From Myxococcota bacterium (GTDB taxonomy: Bacteria; Myxococcota_A; UBA9160; JAFDDA01): a DNA stretch of 64,000 bases. The DNA is taken from the NCBI GenBank assembly GCA_965228475.1, contig OZ245817.1, positions 3,008,001-3,072,000 on the forward strand, written 5' to 3'. This document shows, in pieces, positions 58,735-64,000 of the stretch. The notes below the pieces were generated by a model that saw nothing but the letters and a program-made list of their open reading frames with translations, ran no database searches and was not told where the DNA came from. A program made the position numbers and the translations under genes. The stretch's first letter is position 1. Every line of letters begins with the position of its first letter.

Positions 58735-60599
58735 TGCGCCGAGCCCTCCTCACGTCCGCGTTGCTGCTCGGCCTGCTGCACGGGGCCGGGCCGGGCGCTT
58801 TCGCGCAAACGCCGGGGGAACCCGCGGGCGAAAGCGCCGGCGCTCCGCTCGAAGCGCCCGACGTTCCGGCGGGCGAAGCGACCCTGCGCGGCCAGGTCAT
58901 CCACTCGGACCGGACGGACTCCGCGGCGGCCGGAATCGACGTCGTGCTCTACGCCCTCTCGAGCGGCCAGCAGCCCGGCGTGCGCCGCACGACGACCGAC
59001 GCGGAAGGCCGCTTCCGCTTCGAAGGCATCGCCGCCCGGCCCGACGTCGCGTACCTGCTCGGCGCGCGCTACGCCGGCCTGCCCTTTCCGGGCGACCGCA
59101 TCCTCTTCGAAGCGGGCGAGACCGAGCGGGTGGCCGAGATCCGCATCTCGGAGCCGACCGCCGACGCCTCCCAGGTCGAAGTGCTCCAGTCGAGCCTGCG
59201 GGTCGAGTGGCTCGGCGACCGGCTCGCCATCGGCGAAGTGCACCGCCTGAACAACCGGGCGAGCCGGGTCTACCACGTGCCCGAGGGCGAACGGGCCGGG
59301 CGCACGCCGCCCCTGCACGCCGAGCTGCCCGAGGGCGCCACGGGCTTCGCGATGCCCATGGGCCTGGTGCCCGAAGGCGCGCTGCGCGACGGCCGCGACT
59401 TCCGCTTCTGGGGGCCGCTCTACCCCGGCCAGCAGGAGATCTCCTTCCGCTACGAGCTGCCGATCGAGTCCGGCCTGGTGGGCCTCGAGAAGCGCTTCCC
59501 CTCGGCGGCGGGGCGGATCCGGGTGTTCGGGCGCGAGGGCGGCCCGCTCGAGGGCGCCGAAGGGCTCGAGCCGAAGGATGCCGTCGAGGACGAGGGCCAG
59601 CGCTTCGAGCCCTGGGAGCGCGAGAACGCACCGGCGGGCTTCGCGACGATCCTGCGCCTGCGCGTGCCGGAGTCGACCGCGGACCGCGAGGCGGTCGCGC
59701 TGGTCGAAAGCCAGATGATCCTCGAGTTCGACGACGTCGCCCTCTCGGTGAAGGAGCAGCACCAGCTCGAGGTCCCGGGAGAGGCCGCCGCACGCGCCAC
59801 CGGGAACGACCCGATCGTGGAGATCGCGCTGCCGGCGGCCGCCGAGGACGTGCGCTTCTCCGGGGACGCCGCGGCCCTCGGCCTCGTGCGCACGGACACG
59901 GGGATCGGCCTGCTCGGCCCCCTCGCGCCGGGCACCCACGCCGTCGGCCTCGCGTACACGCTCCGCAACGACGCGGGCAGCGTCGCCTTCTCGCGGCGTT
60001 TCGACCGGCGGCTCCCGCTGATGCGCGTGTACGTCGCCGACTCCGGCGTGGCCGTCGAAACGAACCGCCTGCACCGGCGGCGCCCCGTGCGCGACGCCGA
60101 CCGTACCTACCTGCTCTTCGAGGCCTTCGAGGTCGAGGGCGACGAGCTTCTCGAGTTCTCCCTGCGGCCGCTGCCGCCCCGCGCGAAGTCGCGGACGCCG
60201 GCCCTGGCGCTGGCCCTCCTGGCCGGCGTGGCGGGTGCGCTCTTCCTGGCGCGGCCCCTCGGCGCGGCCGTCGGCGCCGAGGACGAAGAAGACGCCGAAG
60301 CGGACGTCACCGCCCGGGAAGAACGCGAAGCGCTCTACGAATCGATCCGGGATCTCGAGCACGATCACGAGACCGGGAAGCTCGAGGAGGCCGACTACGA
60401 GGGGCTGCGGCGCGACCTCCGGGCCCGCGCCGCCGCGCTGCTGGCCCGCGAACGCGCCGCCCAGCCCGTAGCGGACGCCGCAGCCGGCGAGGGCCCGGCG
60501 GCCACCGTGACGTGCCACGCCTGCGGCGCCGAGATCGCCGCGACCGACCGCTTCTGCTCCCACTGCGGCGCAGCCCAGGCGCAGTCCCACTCGGCGTGA
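58734..60599 (+). CDS. Ccm-associated membrane protein: Ig-like domains, TM, CcmI-like helix, zinc ribbon
   Basis: Signal peptide, TTTDAEGRFRF, duplicated GPLxPG domains, IRDLEHDHETGKL, CHAC...CSHC. Confidence 0.7.
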
Positions 60600-61327
60600 C
60601 CGGCTGGCCCATCGAAGCGCGCGGCCTCGAGAAGCGCTTCGGTCCGGTGCGGGCCCTGCGCGGCCTCGATTGCCGCGTCGAGGCCGGGAGTTCGATCGCC
60701 GTGGTGGGCCCGAACGGCGCCGGCAAGACGACGCTCCTGCGCATGCTGGCGGGGCTCTCCCGCCCGAGCGCCGGCACGCTCGAGGTCGGCCCTCCGGGCA
60801 ACGATCGGCGGCGGGCCCGCGCCGGCATCGGCTACGTCGGCCACGCCACCCTGCTCTACCCGGAGCTCACGGCCCGCGAGAACCTCGCCTTCGCGGCGCG
60901 GCTGCAGGGCATCGCCGAGCCCTTCGCGCGCGCGGACGAGCGGATCACCGAGCACGGCCTCGGGGGCTTCGCGGACCGGCCGGCGGGCACCTACTCCCGC
61001 GGCATGGCCCAGCGCACGGCCATCGCGCGCGCCCTCGTCCACGACCCGGCGCTCGTCCTGCTCGACGAGCCGTTCACCGGGCTCGACCCGGAGGCGAGCG
61101 AGCGGCTCGCCGCGCGTCTGGCGGACCTGCACGGCGCGGCGCGCACGGTGCTCCTCGTCACCCACGACCTCTCGCGCGCGGCCCGCTTCGCCGAGCGCGT
61201 GATCGTGCTCGAGCGCGGACGGATCGCCGTCGACCTGCCGCGCGGCGCGGCGCCACCCGACGTCTTCGAAGCGAACCTTCGCGAGACCCTCGGGTCCCGG
61301 TCGAACGCCCCGGAGCTCCGGCCTTGA
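60596..61327 (+). CDS. ccmA: Heme ABC exporter ATPase CcmA
   Basis: GPNGAGKTT, YSRGMAQR, LDEPFTGLD; operon context. Confidence 0.85.
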   Translation: MTGWPIEARGLEKRFGPVRALRGLDCRVEAGSSIAVVGPNGAGKTTLLRMLAGLSRPSAGTLEVGPPGNDRRRARAGIGYVGHATLLYPELTARENLAFAARLQGIAEPFARADERITEHGLGGFADRPAGTYSRGMAQRTAIARALVHDPALVLLDEPFTGLDPEASERLAARLADLHGAARTVLLVTHDLSRAARFAERVIVLERGRIAVDLPRGAAPPDVFEANLRETLGSRSNAPELRP

Positions 61328-61980
61328 ACGTACTCCGCGCCGTGCTCTGGAAGGATCTCCTTGCCGAGTGGCGAAGCCGCGACCGCCTGCCCGCCATGCT
61401 GGTCTTCGCCCTGCTGACGGTCCTCGTGCTGCGCTTCTCCCAGCCCCCGGGTGAGGGCGCCGGCGCGGCGCCGGGCCTCCTGTGGGTCGCCTACGTCTTC
61501 GCCGCCGTGCTCGGCATGAACCGCGGCTTCGCCCTCGAACTCGAGAACGAGGCGCTCGCCGGCCTCGCCCTGGCCCCCGTCGACCGCGGCTGGATCTACC
61601 TCGGCAAGTTCCTCGCGAACGTCCTCCTGCTCGGCATCGCCCAGGCGACGACCGCGGTCTTCTTCGCCGTGCTGTTCGACGTCGATCTGCTCGGCGTCGC
61701 GGCGCCCTTCCTCGGCGTGGCCCTGCTCGGCGCCATCGGGCTCTCGGCAGCCGGCACCCTGTTCGCCGGCATCGCCGTCCGCACCCGCTACCGCGAGGTC
61801 ATGCTCCCCCTCCTGCTCTTTCCGCTGCTCGTCCCGCTGCTCGTCGGCGCGGTCCAGGCGACGGCCTCGCTGCTCGAGGGCGAGGGGGTCGACGGCAGCG
61901 CGCTCCAGCTCCTGGCCGTCTACGACGCCGTGTTTCTGATAGCCTCCACCATTCTCTTCGAGTACGTGCTGGACGAATGA
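61324..61980 (+). CDS. ccmB: Heme exporter permease CcmB
   Basis: WKDLLAEWRSR, LLFPLLVP. Confidence 0.85.
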   Translation: MNVLRAVLWKDLLAEWRSRDRLPAMLVFALLTVLVLRFSQPPGEGAGAAPGLLWVAYVFAAVLGMNRGFALELENEALAGLALAPVDRGWIYLGKFLANVLLLGIAQATTAVFFAVLFDVDLLGVAAPFLGVALLGAIGLSAAGTLFAGIAVRTRYREVMLPLLLFPLLVPLLVGAVQATASLLEGEGVDGSALQLLAVYDAVFLIASTILFEYVLDE

Positions 61981-62708
61981 CGCCTTCGACCCCTCCGATC
62001 GACGCCTCCGACAACGCCGTGGAACGGCTCGCCCGCGCCGCACAGCGCCCGACCGGCGTCGTGCTGGCGATGCTCGTCGTGTGGATGAGCTGGGTCGTCT
62101 GGAACGCGCCCGCCGACGTCACCCAGGGCGTCGTCTACAAGATCCTGTTCGTGCACGCGCCGGCCGCCTTCGCCGCCTACCTGGGCTTCATCCTCACCGC
62201 GATCGGCGGCGCGCTCTACCTCTGGAAGAACGACGAGCAGTGGGACCGCCTGGCGGTCGCCGCCGCGGAGGTGGGCGTCCTCTTCTGCACGATCAACATC
62301 GTGACCGGGCCGATCTGGGCCAAGGCGATCTGGGGCAAGCCCTGGGTCTGGGATCCGCGGCTGGTCGTGACCGCGCTGCTGTGGGTGACCTACCTCGCCT
62401 ACACCCTGCTGCGCGGCTTCTCGGAAGAAGGGCCGCGGGCGGCGCGCTTCGCCGCGGTCTACGGCCTGGCCGGCGTGCTGCTGATTCCGCTCAACTATTT
62501 CGCCATCGATCTGTTCCAGGGTCGCGGAATGCACCCGGAGAACCTCGAGCGCGGCAGCCTCGGCGTGGGGATCGGCCTCCCCTTTCTCGCCGGCACCCTC
62601 ACGACGCTCACGGCGTTCCTCTTCCTGCTCTGGCTGCGGCTCGACGTCGGTGGCCTGCGCGCGCGTGCGGACCAGCTCGACCGCGAGCGGTGGGAGGCGG
62701 AGGCGTGA
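61977..62708 (+). CDS. ccmC: Heme exporter CcmC
   Basis: FVHAP, WWD domain WAKAIWGKPWVWDPR, MHP. Confidence 0.9.
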   Translation: MTPSTPPIDASDNAVERLARAAQRPTGVVLAMLVVWMSWVVWNAPADVTQGVVYKILFVHAPAAFAAYLGFILTAIGGALYLWKNDEQWDRLAVAAAEVGVLFCTINIVTGPIWAKAIWGKPWVWDPRLVVTALLWVTYLAYTLLRGFSEEGPRAARFAAVYGLAGVLLIPLNYFAIDLFQGRGMHPENLERGSLGVGIGLPFLAGTLTTLTAFLFLLWLRLDVGGLRARADQLDRERWEAEA

Positions 62709-62833
62709 CCTGGGTCGTTGCTGCGTACGCGGTCGCCTTCGGCGGCGCCGCGCTCTACGGATTGCACCTCGTCCGCTCCCGATCGGCGCTCCGTAAGGCC
62801 TTGAGAGACGGGCGGAATCGAGATGGCAGTTGA
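62705..62833 (+). CDS. ccmD: CcmD-like small membrane protein, 42 aa
   Basis: GTG overlapping ccmC stop; WVVAAYAV TM followed by basic tail. Confidence 0.7.
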   Translation: MTWVVAAYAVAFGGAALYGLHLVRSRSALRKALRDGRNRDGS

Positions 62834-62859
62834 CAGCCACGGGCGGGGCTCGGTATAAC
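62830..62859 (+). promoter_or_regulatory. Strong sigma70-type promoter
   Basis: TTGACA (62830-62835)-N18-TATAAC (62854-62859); closest to consensus that I found in the window. Confidence 0.75.
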
Positions 62860-62865
62860 GGCAGA

Positions 62866-63340
62866 ATCTCGTAAGCTGTGGCTCTAGCTGGTTTTTTCAG
62901 CTCTCGATCGACGCGGTCGGCCCTCGCGAAAGTGGGGCTCGATCGTCGGAACGCAAGGCTTCTGGTATCCGCCCCCCACGGCGCTGCCCTGATCGCCAAC
63001 CGTGCCACCCGCGCCCTGCGCAGGAGGCCGGCCCGGGGGACGGCTCGCAGAAGCAAGGACTGTGAAAGTTCTTGCGCAAGCGATGGCCATCGCACCGGGT
63101 GAGGGTAGTTTGGTTCTCGATTCAAGCCTTCCGGATTCCCAACACACCCGCACGGCGGGACGTAACCTGTGTGTAACGGGGCCGCAGGGGCTCGAGGCAA
63201 CGGCGCGGAACGAGGGTGGTGCTCGTCCGGCCGGGGTGCCGTGGCACGGGGCTTGCCTTAGTACGGTCTGAATTCGCGAGGCCGAGCCCCCACCCACCAC
63301 CGGGGCGGACGTCGGGCTCGACCAGCCGGGAGGCATCCAA
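62866..63340 (+). ncRNA. Candidate large structured non-coding RNA / 5' leader of unknown class
   Basis: No credible ORF; multiple hairpins and nested long-range complementarities (see findings); boundaries inferred from promoter and next ATG. Confidence 0.6.
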
Positions 63341-63344
63341 GAGG

Positions 63345-63845
63345 ATGGCCAGCATGAAACGTGGCGTCGGATACTGCGAGAACACGGACTGCGAGGACTA
63401 CGCCAAGGGCGTGTTCCTGCTGAACCACGGCGACACCTTCTATTGCCCGCGCTGTCGCCAGCTCGGCAAGGTCGAGAAGGAGCGCGGGTTCTACACCGGC
63501 AACTCCGACGTCTTCAAGGAAGTCCGCGTCGAGTACAACTTCGACCCGATCAACGGCATCTACCGCGAGATCGCGATCGTGCGCGACGAGAGCCTCTGGG
63601 GCCGCAACAACGTCTACACGCTGCAGTCGCCGCTCATCAAGACCGAGAAGCGCGCCCTCAAGGTCGCCGAAGCGATCCTCGCCAACCTGAACCGCTACCG
63701 CGGCCTGCTGAACGGCGACGACATCCCGCGCACCACCGAAATCATCTTGTCCTTCGACGAGCCTTTCGACGAGTTCTCGCGGAAGCTCACCCAGCTCTCG
63801 AAGGAATGGGAGGCCAGCGGCCTGCGAGAGCAGCAGCAGCGCTAG
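63345..63845 (+). CDS. Hypothetical Cys4 (putative zinc-binding) protein, 166 aa
   Basis: CENTDC...CPRC; strong codon bias; alternative ATG at 63354. Confidence 0.8.
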   Translation: MASMKRGVGYCENTDCEDYAKGVFLLNHGDTFYCPRCRQLGKVEKERGFYTGNSDVFKEVRVEYNFDPINGIYREIAIVRDESLWGRNNVYTLQSPLIKTEKRALKVAEAILANLNRYRGLLNGDDIPRTTEIILSFDEPFDEFSRKLTQLSKEWEASGLREQQQR

Positions 63846-63875
63846 CCCCCACCGAACGCTTTCTCTCCTTGCCTT

Positions 63876-63912
63876 CGCCTCGCTGGATGGTCCAGCGGGG
63901 CGTTGGTGTTTC
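63876..63912 (+). terminator. Intrinsic terminator
   Basis: 12-bp stem CGCCTCGCTGGA/TCCAGCGGGGCG followed by TTGGTGTTTC. Confidence 0.65.
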
Positions 63913-63931
63913 TGGGGGGCGTTGGTGTTTC
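63897..63931. repeat. 16-bp direct repeat
   Basis: GGGGCGTTGGTGTTTC at 63897-63912 and 63916-63931. Confidence 0.85.
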
Positions 63932-63946
63932 GCGGGCCTTTCAGCG

Positions 63947-64000
63947 CTAGCGGCCGCGGCCGGCGCGCGTCGCGAGGTCGATCCGCATGGTCTCGAGGAT
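63947..64000 (-). CDS. 3' end of a convergent gene entering from outside the window (ILETMRIDLATRAGRGR)
   Basis: Open frame with typical codons ending at TAG 63947. Confidence 0.35.
   Translation of the reverse strand: MLETMRIDLATRAGRGR

Noticed and set aside
60511..60570. CHAC/CSHC as c-type heme-binding sites
   Set aside because: Neither is CxxCH; the pattern fits a zinc ribbon
62866..63340. Identity as RNase P RNA, tmRNA, SRP RNA or cobalamin/c-di-GMP riboswitch
   Set aside because: No GAGGAAAGTCC on either strand, no tRNA-like T-arm/CCA end, no SRP domain IV motif, no B12 box; the minus-strand GGGGGCTC...GAATTCAGAC only loosely resembles a tmRNA 5' end
62878..63385. Short ORFs in the long intergenic region, including the 63216 extension of the Cys4 gene
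   Set aside because: No RBS or codon bias and no motifs; coding-like composition begins only at 63345

Overview
High-GC bacterial chromosomal window, densely coding, with no recognisable mobile element, CRISPR array, rRNA or tRNA. The gene mix (PEP-CTERM proteins, bactofilin, stand-alone MshEN protein, GldAFG/DUF4340 ABC system, System I* ccm operon) suggests a Myxococcota-like or former deltaproteobacterial organism; this is inference. Recognised housekeeping blocks: moaB and a moaD-moaE fusion; holB-metG-tatD-suhB; a GT4 glycosyltransferase plus tandem LPS kinase; TPR-lolB-like-oppABCDF; cysC-iscS-iscA; ftsEX-envC-ctpA-xseAB-ispA-dxs-tlyA; cofDCE (F420); engB; ccmE-F-X-A-B-C-D. The best novel candidate lies at the right end. 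A near-consensus sigma70 promoter (TTGACA-N18-TATAAC, 62830-62859) is followed by about 480 nt of apparently non-coding sequence with many local hairpins and nested long-range helices, matching no RNA class I recognise. It runs directly into an unknown 166-aa Cys4 (putative zinc) protein and a terminator, so it could be a new large ncRNA/leader plus protein system. Other leads: two PEP-CTERM surface-protein loci with sigma54-type promoters, a Cys-Gly (GCGLLG) C-terminal sorting signal, duplicated ATGA junctions that create mini-ORFs in the opp operon, F420 genes, and a CxxxF CcmE. All calls are by eye, from motifs and base pairing; no searches or folding programs were run. Start codons were chosen manually and are approximate.
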